Notes under the pieces: generated by a model
The model's database searches: none
Told to the model about the DNA's origin: nothing
Seen by the model: only the letters and a program-made list of their open reading frames with translations
Assembly: GCA_034429475.1 (NCBI GenBank)
Contig: DAOUGD010000123.1
Span: 6,934-70,933, forward strand
Direction: 5' to 3'
Source of the DNA: Anaerolineae bacterium
GTDB lineage: Bacteria; Chloroflexota; Anaerolineae; B4-G1; SLSP01
Length of the DNA: 64,000 nucleotides
In this document: positions 56,499 through 64,000 of the stretch, piece after piece
Numbering within the stretch: position 1 is the first letter of the stretch
How the letters are laid out: every line of letters begins with the position of its first letter
Program-made: the position numbers and the translations under genes

Positions 56499-57187
56499 AG
56501 AAATACCTAAACGCCTTACGTTTTCTCATTGGCACATTGTTGATTTACCTTGTCCCTGTGCTGTTGGGCTGGGGGTTAGGTGACTTGCCAGGCTTTTTCG
56601 CCAACGCGCCGCGCGCGGGGTATGCTGCGGTGGTACTATCGTTGGGACTGGGCGTCGTTTACCAGGCTCTTACCGCGCCGGAGGGGATTCACGGGGGGAA
56701 AGAGGAAACCGGACAGCGTGTGGCGCGGCAAACGGTCGTCAAGATCGTGATCATTCTGGTGATGTATGCCGCGCTGATTCTCTTGCCCTTCGCCGACCGC
56801 CGCAACCTGGGCGCGTGGAGCAACGGTGAAGCCTTACGTTGGGTGGGACTGTTGAGTGTGGCGTTGGGCTTCGGCCTGGTGCTCTGGTCAGGCATCGCAT
56901 TGGGGCGCTTTTACAGCGCCGACGTGACGCTGCAAAAAGACCACCGCCTGATCACCACCGGGCTGTACGGCGTCCTGCGCCATCCACGCTACCTGGGTGT
57001 TCTGCTGACGACGCTCGGAATGGCGCTGTTGTTTCGCTCATGGGTGGGTCTGCTGGCCTTCATCCCTATGCTCGGCGTGCTCCTGTTCCGCATCCACGAC
57101 GAAGAGGCGCTATTGCACCAAACCTTTGGCGCGGAGTGGGAAACCTACTGCCAACACTCCAAGCGTCTGCTGCCCTATATTTACTAG
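56495..57187 (+). CDS. ICMT/PEMT-family membrane methyltransferase
   Basis: ITTGLYGVLRHPRYLG...EEALLHQTFGAEWETY; ATG overlaps the trmO stop. Confidence 0.75.
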   Translation: MKKYLNALRFLIGTLLIYLVPVLLGWGLGDLPGFFANAPRAGYAAVVLSLGLGVVYQALTAPEGIHGGKEETGQRVARQTVVKIVIILVMYAALILLPFADRRNLGAWSNGEALRWVGLLSVALGFGLVLWSGIALGRFYSADVTLQKDHRLITTGLYGVLRHPRYLGVLLTTLGMALLFRSWVGLLAFIPMLGVLLFRIHDEEALLHQTFGAEWETYCQHSKRLLPYIY

Positions 57188-57200
57188 AGCGGCCCTCTGC

Positions 57201-57235
57201 GTAATTCGTAATTCGCAATTCGCAATTCGCAATTC
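57201..57235. repeat. heptanucleotide tandem repeat (GTAATTC)2(GCAATTC)3
   Basis: Read directly in the intergenic region upstream of the 57257 gene. Confidence 0.85.
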
Positions 57236-57256
57236 CCCACCCACTCGGGAGGTATC

Positions 57257-57733
57257 ATGCCCAGTTTACATCCCGGCTTGCCCGGCACGAAAGAAGCCTA
57301 TGGCCTCAGCCTCATCCGTGAAGACGGCCGGGTGGTTCTGCCGCCCCAAGCCATCGCGCATTACGGCCTGGTGGATGGCGATCAGGTCTTGTTGATCACC
57401 ACCCATCGCGGCGAGGGTGGCTTTGCCGTTTCACGGCAGCAGACGGCGGCGCAGTCCGTCTTTGCGCCATTCATGGTCCAACTCAGCGCGCTTGATACGG
57501 TGGCCTGGTTCCATGCGAAAGCCTACGCCTTGACGACTTTCGCGGCCGGCGGGATTCACCTGACGCCGGAACTGTTGGATGCCTACCACATCGCCGTGGG
57601 GCAGCGCCTGATGATCGTCAAAAGCACCACGGTGGCGATGAGTTGCACACCGGTCGAAATCTGGGAGCGCAAATTCGCCCAGCGGGGACTGGCAGTCGCC
57701 GTCGAGAACATGCAAAAACTGGAGGTGTATTGA
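57257..57733 (+). CDS. hypothetical protein with SpoVT/AbrB-like N-terminal swapped-hairpin signature
   Basis: EDGRVVLPPQAIAHYGLVDGDQVLLIT. Confidence 0.45.
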   Translation: MPSLHPGLPGTKEAYGLSLIREDGRVVLPPQAIAHYGLVDGDQVLLITTHRGEGGFAVSRQQTAAQSVFAPFMVQLSALDTVAWFHAKAYALTTFAAGGIHLTPELLDAYHIAVGQRLMIVKSTTVAMSCTPVEIWERKFAQRGLAVAVENMQKLEVY

Positions 57734-57740
57734 GTCATCC

Positions 57741-57780
57741 TTGACAAGCCTTGAAAATAGTTGTATAATCCAATTATTGG
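57741..57780 (+). promoter_or_regulatory. consensus sigma70-type promoter TTGACA-17-TATAAT followed by palindrome CCAATTATTGG (probable MarR operator)
   Basis: TTGACA 57741-46, 17-nt spacer, TATAAT 57764-69, palindrome 57770-80; 35 nt upstream of marR-like ATG. Confidence 0.6.
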
Positions 57781-57814
57781 ATAATCAAACTAATCTCGAT
57801 GAGGATGATGATGG

Positions 57815-58261
57815 ATGACGCTTCCCGATAAAGCCTACCTTCAGATCAACCAGGCCTTGTTCAGCCTGACGCACGCTTACGAAGCCCGGATGGCCGCCGA
57901 GGCCAGCATTGAGAACGACCTGAGCCTGGCCGATTGCTCGGTGCTGCTGGTGCTGCACCAGTTCGCGCCCACGACGGCGGCGCGCCTGGCTGAGATGATG
58001 GACATCAACCCCGGCACCATCTCGGTCTACATTCAGCGGTTGGCAAAGAAGGGATTAGTGCGACGGGTACAGGACGCCGACGATTTGCGCACCTGGTGGC
58101 TGACATTCACCGACGCCGGCCGTCCGGTGGCCGAGGGGATTGTGGCGGGCGCAGCAGCCTACACTCGCGATTTCCTGGCGGCGTTGGACGACGAGGAACA
58201 ACAAACGCTGCACCGGCTGCTGTTGAAGGCTTCCCACAGCCTGGGATTCGACTGGCAGTAA
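57815..58261 (+). CDS. MarR-family transcriptional regulator
   Basis: LSLADCSVLLVLHQFAPTTAARLAEMMDINPGTISVYIQRLAKKGLVRR. Confidence 0.8.
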   Translation: MTLPDKAYLQINQALFSLTHAYEARMAAEASIENDLSLADCSVLLVLHQFAPTTAARLAEMMDINPGTISVYIQRLAKKGLVRRVQDADDLRTWWLTFTDAGRPVAEGIVAGAAAYTRDFLAALDDEEQQTLHRLLLKASHSLGFDWQ

Positions 58262-58264
58262 GCG

Positions 58265-59569
58265 ATGAATCCTACAACGACAACCCAGCCGCTTCAGGGA
58301 GGGCAATTCGTCGTGTGGTTGGCCTCGCAATACCATCCGATCAATTTTGCTTTCATGGCCCGGATTCGCGGGGACTTCACGCTCCAACAGGCTCAGCAGG
58401 CGCTCGACAAGTTGCGGGTCAAATATCCTCCCCTATCCATGCGCGCGGTCAGAGAATCCGATGGGAGTGTCCACTGGATTTCCGATCCGGCTTTGGAACT
58501 TCCCATGCGCAGCATCGCCCGCGACCATACGGAGCGGTGGATAGCAGAAGTCACCTCCGAATTAAGCCAGGCTTTTGACCTGTTTACCCAACCTCCCATG
58601 CGCCTCGTCTTGCTCCAGGACGAGGAACTTTCAGAGATCCTCTTTGTCTGTCCTCACGTCCTGGCGGATGGCCTGGCTGTCGCCTATCTGGTGCGTGATT
58701 TTTTGACTTTTCTGGGCAATCCTGCGGCTGAGGGAGTCGCTATGCCGCTCACGCCGCCCATGAGTACGTTGATCCCTGATTTTCCAGGGAAACGCAGGGT
58801 CATCTGGCAGGCAAAACTAAAGGCCGGATTATTCAAGCTCGTGCTGCGCCCCAGCTCAAAACCTGATGAGGCCAAGACAGAGGCAGCGCATCGCGCCGCC
58901 CCTCCATATCACTTGTGTCCCTGGGTGTTGACCGCCGAACAAACCGCTGCTCTGGCGGCGCGGAGTCGCGCTGAGAGTACGACCGTCCATGCCGCCCTGT
59001 GCGCCGTTTTTTTGCGCGCCTTCGGCGAATGGTACGGTGATGGATGGCGGCGCACCATCCAAAGCCCGGTCAACCTGCGCGAGCGCCTGCGCAGCCCCGT
59101 GGGCGAGTCTTTTGGGCTGTTCGTCAACCTGGTGGAGTTCCGCGTCAACTGCGCGCCTGAACGCAATTTTTGGGCGGTCGCCCGCGCCATCAAACAGGGC
59201 TTCACCCGGCGCAGCGAGGATAAATACATCTTCAATTCTTTGGTCGAGGCCAACGTCGCCATGCCCAAACTGCGCGAAGTCATCACTCCCCAAATCGTGG
59301 CCCAAACTTTTATGGCGGTGAAGCATGATCTTTCGATCAGCAATCTGGGCCGCCTGGACCTCCCGATGCAATACGGCTCGCTGTATCTGGAAGCGCTCTT
59401 CGGTCCCATTCTCGGCGGCGATCCGGAGGATGTCGTGTTGGGGGTCGTCACCCTCGGAGACACTATGCACTTGAGCCTGTCCTTCACCGATTTGAAACTC
59501 AGCCCATCGCAGGCGGAACAGATCGCCGCAATCGCTATGCGGGAGTTGGTCGGGGCTGCAAACTGGTAA
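58265..59569 (+). CDS. condensation-domain protein (HHxxxDG-type acyltransferase; NRPS C-domain / WS-DGAT-like)
   Basis: CPHVLADGLA active-site motif; 434 aa stand-alone. Confidence 0.65.
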   Translation: MNPTTTTQPLQGGQFVVWLASQYHPINFAFMARIRGDFTLQQAQQALDKLRVKYPPLSMRAVRESDGSVHWISDPALELPMRSIARDHTERWIAEVTSELSQAFDLFTQPPMRLVLLQDEELSEILFVCPHVLADGLAVAYLVRDFLTFLGNPAAEGVAMPLTPPMSTLIPDFPGKRRVIWQAKLKAGLFKLVLRPSSKPDEAKTEAAHRAAPPYHLCPWVLTAEQTAALAARSRAESTTVHAALCAVFLRAFGEWYGDGWRRTIQSPVNLRERLRSPVGESFGLFVNLVEFRVNCAPERNFWAVARAIKQGFTRRSEDKYIFNSLVEANVAMPKLREVITPQIVAQTFMAVKHDLSISNLGRLDLPMQYGSLYLEALFGPILGGDPEDVVLGVVTLGDTMHLSLSFTDLKLSPSQAEQIAAIAMRELVGAANW

Positions 59570-59635
59570 TCCTGCCCAGGTTGATTTTTTTAGCAAAATA
59601 GTTGGGTTATCAAACTATTTAAAGGAGAGTTTCTC

Positions 59636-60931
59636 ATGTCTACAGAATGGGATTCCAAATCCGCAAAAACGTATTGGCCGCGGCCGTTTTTCACGCTGTG
59701 GAGTAGTCAGGCGTTGGCGATGCTGACCAGTGAAGTGCTCCAGTTCGCCTTGATTTGGTGGCTGACCGCCTCCTTCGGCTCGGCGACGGTGGTGGGGATG
59801 GCGACGATGACGGCGCTGCTCCCGCGCGCGCTGCTGGGGCCTTTCATGGGTGCGCTGGTAGATCGGTGGAGTCGGCGGGCGGTGCTGCTCACCAGCCACG
59901 GTGTCATCATCCTCTCGCTGCTCTGTTTGGGGTATCTTTTCTGGACAGGAACCCCACCGCTGGCCGTGGTCTACCTGATCATTCTGGTGCGCGCGTGCGG
60001 CAAGAGCTTCCAGATGCCAGCCATGCTGGCGACCACGGCCTTAATGGCGCCGGAGAAACACCTCGCGCGCATCGCCGGGCTGAACCAAATGCTCCAGGGC
60101 CTCGTTCTCGTCGTTTCGCCGGTGTTGGGCGCTGTACTGGTGTCTGCCCTGCCGTTGCCGGCCATTGTCGCCGTGGACATCGCCGGCGCGCTGTTGGCCG
60201 TTGCCGTGCTGGCTTTCGTCGCCCTGCCCAATCCGCCGCGCGGCGAGACTTTGACCGGATGGGGGGCGCTGTGGGCAGATGTACGCGCCGGCGTGCGGTA
60301 CGTATGGGACTGGCAAGGCGCGCCGGAGATGCTCGGTATCTCCACTGCCATGAATTTCCTCTCCGCGCCGGCTTTTATGCTGACCTCGATCCTGGTCATC
60401 CGGCATTTCGGCGGGGTAGAGCGTGAGTTCGGCATCATCGGCGCGGCGGTCGGCCTGGGGATGATCGGCGGCGGGATGGGCTTGAGCGTGTGGAGTGGAT
60501 TCCGCCGTCCGATGCAGACCTCGCTGGTGGGCATCCTGGGGATGGGGTGCGCCATTCTGACCGCCGGGCTGGCGCCGGCATCCGCCTTCTGGCTGGCAGT
60601 CGGGAGCATGGCCGTCGGCGGCTTGATGATGCCGGTGTGCATGGCCCCCATCCAGGCGTTGGTGCAAAAGAGCGTGACGCCGACGATGCAGGGGCGCGTG
60701 CTGTCGCTGTTCGATAGCATCTCGACGGCTATTGCACCCGTGAGCGTCGCCATCGCCGGGCCGGTATTTAACGCGCTGGGGCCGCAGGTCTGGTATATCG
60801 GGGCCGGCGCGCTGGCCCTGCTCATCGGCGTGAAGGGATTTGCCACGCCGCGCGTGCTGAATTTGGGGACGCCGGCGCCCGCCAGGGGGGATACTCTGCC
60901 GCCATCTCCGGTTTCGGTGACGCAATGGTAA
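59636..60931 (+). CDS. MFS transporter (efflux type)
   Basis: 12-TM layout; motif A-like GALVDRWSRRAVLL. Confidence 0.85.
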   Translation: MSTEWDSKSAKTYWPRPFFTLWSSQALAMLTSEVLQFALIWWLTASFGSATVVGMATMTALLPRALLGPFMGALVDRWSRRAVLLTSHGVIILSLLCLGYLFWTGTPPLAVVYLIILVRACGKSFQMPAMLATTALMAPEKHLARIAGLNQMLQGLVLVVSPVLGAVLVSALPLPAIVAVDIAGALLAVAVLAFVALPNPPRGETLTGWGALWADVRAGVRYVWDWQGAPEMLGISTAMNFLSAPAFMLTSILVIRHFGGVEREFGIIGAAVGLGMIGGGMGLSVWSGFRRPMQTSLVGILGMGCAILTAGLAPASAFWLAVGSMAVGGLMMPVCMAPIQALVQKSVTPTMQGRVLSLFDSISTAIAPVSVAIAGPVFNALGPQVWYIGAGALALLIGVKGFATPRVLNLGTPAPARGDTLPPSPVSVTQW

Positions 60932-61061
60932 CTGCAAAAACGTCTGGCTGATTGATCGGGTGTTTTGCTTGCCCCAATGCCGGTTCATTTCTGGTTCCTA
61001 CAGGTGTATAATCGTAGGAAGATACATTCCCAGATGGTCACCCATCCCTGGAGTATTTTGA

Positions 61062-61925
61062 ATGAAACAACTGGTCATCCTCAGCGGCAAAGGCGGGACG
61101 GGCAAAACGACGGTGACGGCGGCGCTGGCGCATTTGGCGGCGCAGACCTGCTCGATGGTGCTGGCCGATGCGGACGTGGACGCGGCCAATCTGGGGCTGG
61201 TGCTCGCGCCCGTCACGCAGGAGACGCACGACTTCACCGGCGGCGCGGTGGCGGTGGTGGACGCGGCGCGCTGTGTCGCCTGCGGGCGCTGCGCCGAGGT
61301 CTGCCGCTTCGACGCGATGCGCGCCGGCGACAGCTATCGCGTGGATCCGCTTGCCTGCGAGGGCTGCGCCGCCTGCGTCTACGAATGTCCGGCGGACGCG
61401 CTGGCGATGCAGCCGCAGCGCGCCGGGCAGTGGTTTGTGGCGACAACGCGCTATGGGCCGCTTCATCACGCCCATCTTTTCGCCGGACAGGAGAACTCCG
61501 GCAAGCTGGTCACGCTGGTCAAGCAAATGGCGCGCAGCCGCGCCATTGACGACAATGCCGACCTGCTGCTGATTGACGGGCCGCCGGGCATCGGCTGCCC
61601 CGTCATCGCCGCACTCTCCGGCGCTGACCTGGCCCTCATCGTCGCCGAACCGACGGTCTCCGGGGCGCACGATCTGGAGCGCATCCTGGGGCTGGCGGCG
61701 CACTTCAACATCCCAGCGGCAGTGCTGCTCAACAAGGCCGATCTCAGTCCGGCGCAGGCGGAAGCCATCGCGACCTATTGCGCAGCGCAGGACATCCCGT
61801 TGGTGGGACGCCTTCCCTACGATCCAACGGTGACAAAATCGTTGGTGCACGGCGAACCGGTCACGGCCACCGCCGGCCCGGTAAGCGCGGCCTTACAGGA
61901 AATATGGGCTAGATTACAGACATAG
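61062..61925 (+). CDS. MinD/Mrp-family P-loop ATPase with 4Fe-4S ferredoxin-like insert, paralog of 54158..55012
   Basis: MKQLVILSGKGGTGKTTVTAA; CVACGRCAEVCRFDA and CEGCAACVYECP; upstream inverted repeat CCTAC...GTAGG overlaps TATAAT. Confidence 0.75.
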   Translation: MKQLVILSGKGGTGKTTVTAALAHLAAQTCSMVLADADVDAANLGLVLAPVTQETHDFTGGAVAVVDAARCVACGRCAEVCRFDAMRAGDSYRVDPLACEGCAACVYECPADALAMQPQRAGQWFVATTRYGPLHHAHLFAGQENSGKLVTLVKQMARSRAIDDNADLLLIDGPPGIGCPVIAALSGADLALIVAEPTVSGAHDLERILGLAAHFNIPAAVLLNKADLSPAQAEAIATYCAAQDIPLVGRLPYDPTVTKSLVHGEPVTATAGPVSAALQEIWARLQT

Positions 61926-62069
61926 CGGGAATGACTACCAGACTATTGAAGGGTTTCGCCCACCCACATGGGCAAAAATGCTTACGCCGGATCATAATCC
62001 GGCGTTGGGGGAACGGCGGATTGTGATCCGCCCAAAGCATTGAAGTAAGGTTTTCGGAGGAGGGAAACG

Positions 62070-62630
62070 ATGGAACTTTTTCCAGAACTTAAATTGGGGT
62101 GGTTCAATGGCTGGGTTTTTCTGGCGTTGTTAAGTCTGACCGAGGGTGTCTGCTTCCTCATTTTCCCCAGAGCGGTGGTCACACGGCTCTTCGACCGCTC
62201 CGGCTGGAGTCAAAAGCAGGTAGTTTTCACTGTGATCGGCAAAGTGTGCGCGGTGGTGTGCCTGTTTTTGCTGGTTTTCACTCCCCTGAAACTCGGCAGT
62301 CCGGTCTTCGCCGTTGGCGCGGGGGTGGGAGCTTTGGGATTGCTGGGGGTGGTGGTCGCCCTCTTCAACTACCGGAACACGCCCTTCGATCAACCGGTGA
62401 CGCAGGGACTTTACCGCATCTCCCGCCACCCCCAAATCGTGATGGCGTCGGCAGTGTTGCTGGGCGGCGGCATCGCGGTTGGCTCATGGGCGGTCCTGGC
62501 CGCCCTCGCCGTCGCCAGAATTCTCAACCACTTTGGGATTCTGGCGGAGGAAGAAGTCTGCTTGAAGCAGTATGGGGACTCGTATCGAGCTTATCTACAG
62601 CGTGTGCCCCGGTATTTTGTATTCTTTTAG
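62070..62630 (+). CDS. ICMT/PEMT-family membrane methyltransferase-like protein
   Basis: VTQGLYRISRHPQIV...EEEVCLKQYGDSYRAYLQRVP. Confidence 0.65.
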   Translation: MELFPELKLGWFNGWVFLALLSLTEGVCFLIFPRAVVTRLFDRSGWSQKQVVFTVIGKVCAVVCLFLLVFTPLKLGSPVFAVGAGVGALGLLGVVVALFNYRNTPFDQPVTQGLYRISRHPQIVMASAVLLGGGIAVGSWAVLAALAVARILNHFGILAEEEVCLKQYGDSYRAYLQRVPRYFVFF

Positions 62631-62687
62631 TGAGCTGCCCACAGAGGGCAGTGCCAACCTGACATCATCAACACGGAGGTGTAGGCT

Positions 62688-63248
62688 ATGCAGTTATTTC
62701 CTGAACTCCATATCGGTCTGTGGAACGGCTGGATTTTCCTGTTGATCTATGGCCTTGTCTTTGGCGGCGTGGTCAGATCGTTTCCTAAAGATGTCATCGC
62801 GCGGTTGTATGACACCTCCCACTGGACGCCAACGCAGAAAACTTTCAGCCGCATTGTCAAGGTGTTCGCCCTGGGCATCTTCGTGCTGGTGGCGCTCACC
62901 CCGCTAAATGCGGGGACGGTGGCTTTCTGGTTGGGAAGCGGCATCTTTATCCTGGGGATGATCGGCGTGGTCATTGCCCTGTTCAACTTTCGTCACACGC
63001 CCATAGACCAACCGGCCACCCAGGGATTGTACAAGCTCTCCCGCAATCCCCAATGGGTGATGCTGGTAGTGGTTTTCCTGGGGACGTGCATCGCCATTGG
63101 CTCGTGGACGGCCTGTCTGCTGTTGGGCATCGGCGTCGGCTGCGCCCATTTCCGCATCCTGGCCGAAGAAAAGGCGTGCCTGGCGCAGTATGGCGAGGCT
63201 TACCGGGCCTACATGCGGCAGATCCCCCGGTATTTTGTCTTCTTTTAG
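62688..63248 (+). CDS. ICMT/PEMT-family membrane methyltransferase-like protein, tandem paralog
   Basis: ATQGLYKLSRNPQWV...EEKACLAQYGEAYRAYMRQIP; about 50% identical to 62070..62630. Confidence 0.65.
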   Translation: MQLFPELHIGLWNGWIFLLIYGLVFGGVVRSFPKDVIARLYDTSHWTPTQKTFSRIVKVFALGIFVLVALTPLNAGTVAFWLGSGIFILGMIGVVIALFNFRHTPIDQPATQGLYKLSRNPQWVMLVVVFLGTCIAIGSWTACLLLGIGVGCAHFRILAEEKACLAQYGEAYRAYMRQIPRYFVFF

Positions 63249-63507
63249 GTGGCCCAAATGAGCGTGCCTCGCCGCAACGCATCGCACACCTCTTCACCAA
63301 ACCTCCCAGGCTGATTTCCTGGATTGCGAGGCTCTTTTTTCTGGATTGCCCAGGGCAATCGCATTAGGGGTATTTTTGGGGCCAAAGTGGGGAATGCAGC
63401 CTTCATACGCCCCTGAAGTGGCGGCAGTAGTCGCCATCATAGCCATCATGTTGCCCCTCAGTGGGGTGAAAATATCCAAATGCGATTGCCCTGCTGGATT
63501 GCCCCCT

Positions 63508-63541
63508 TGACAAGGGTTTAATTCCACATATAATATACAAT
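63508..63541 (+). promoter_or_regulatory. sigma70-type promoter TTGACA-16-TATAAT upstream of PadR gene
   Basis: CTTGACAAGGGTTTAATTCCACATATAATAT; RBS AAAGGAGA then TTG start. Confidence 0.5.
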
Positions 63542-63567
63542 ATATAATATTAAAGGAGATAATAACT

Positions 63568-64000
63568 TTGACAACCCGACTGGTCATTTTGGGACTGCTG
63601 CGCGACCGGCCTCTGTATGGCTACGAACTCAAGCATATCATCGAGGATCACATGGGCGACTGGACGGCCATCGCCTTCGGCTCCATCTACTACGCGCTGG
63701 ATAAACTGGCCGGCGAGGGCTGCGTCGAGCAGGTTGGCGTCGAGCAGGAGGGCGCGCGACCGGCGCGCACGGTCTATCAGATCACCGAGGCCGGGCGGGC
63801 CGAGTTTCTGCGTCTGCTGCGCGAAGTATGGGCCTCGTTTGAGCGGCAATACTTCGCCATAGATGTGGGACTGGCCTTTATGAACGCCTTGCCGGTCGAA
63901 GAGGTCAAGCAATATCTCCACCAGCGTGTGGCCATGCTGGAAGAGATTTTGCAGCACATCCAGGAGCATCAGGCAGAGCAGATGGCGACCCCGGACATTC
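63568..64000 (+). CDS. PadR-family transcriptional regulator, partial (runs past window end)
   Basis: LTTRLVILGLLRDRPLYGYELKHIIEDHMGDWTAIAFGSIYYALDKLAGEGCVE...PARTVYQITEAGR; TTG start after AAAGGAGAT; absent from track because edge-truncated. Confidence 0.75.
   Translation, partial: MTTRLVILGLLRDRPLYGYELKHIIEDHMGDWTAIAFGSIYYALDKLAGEGCVEQVGVEQEGARPARTVYQITEAGRAEFLRLLREVWASFERQYFAIDVGLAFMNALPVEEVKQYLHQRVAMLEEILQHIQEHQAEQMATPDI

Overview
High-GC (about 63-65%) bacterial chromosomal window. Gene content and GGAGG ribosome-binding sites are compatible with Chloroflexota or Actinomycetota; this is inference only. No rRNA, intact tRNA or CRISPR array was found. By position: (1) 0-19 kb: ordinary accessory and housekeeping genes on both strands: a large secreted protein (partial), Zn-ADH, a small membrane-protein operon beside a LAL/LuxR regulator, GNATs, nitroreductase, peptide deformylase, a deaminase pair, an ABC exporter, and an ICMT-like methyltransferase. 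(2) 18.9-20.9 kb: a decayed junction holding a nucleotidyltransferase gene fragment, an inactivated IS4-family IS with perfect 19-bp terminal inverted repeats, and a 39-nt tRNA 3-prime fragment that looks like an att-site remnant. (3) 20.9-34.7 kb: a plasmid-like / AICE-like mobile island. All of its genes are on the + strand and many are translationally coupled. It carries XRE regulators (one with an in-frame TGA), an FtsK/TraB-like translocase, small membrane proteins, a ParM-like actin ATPase followed by a pair of 21-bp palindromes, a Dam methyltransferase overlapping an HNH nuclease, a DEDDh exonuclease, and a putative Rep with a DnaA-N-like domain. The Rep gene is followed by an origin-like noncoding region with five iterons and two strong hairpins. 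No integrase was found. (4) 35-47 kb: an acyltransferase, two coupled hybrid histidine kinases, a 1148-aa surface protein with three repeat classes, and Pro/Thr-rich secreted proteins. (5) 47-52 kb: a CAGGTTC-type repeat array, an SSB operon, a structured noncoding region, and a tandemly duplicated gene module (nuclease-like domain plus small TM protein). (6) 52.8-64 kb: a PadR/MarR-controlled accessory cluster. It has two NifX/NifB-like small proteins, two paralogous MinD/Mrp-type ATPases with ferredoxin-like Cys inserts, a frameshifted MBL-fold lipoprotein, TrmO, ICMT/PEMT-family methyltransferases (four in the whole window), a condensation-domain protein and an MFS exporter. Start codons were refined by eye. 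The ORF track uses alternative starts (TTG/GTG shown as M) and omits ORFs truncated by the window edge.
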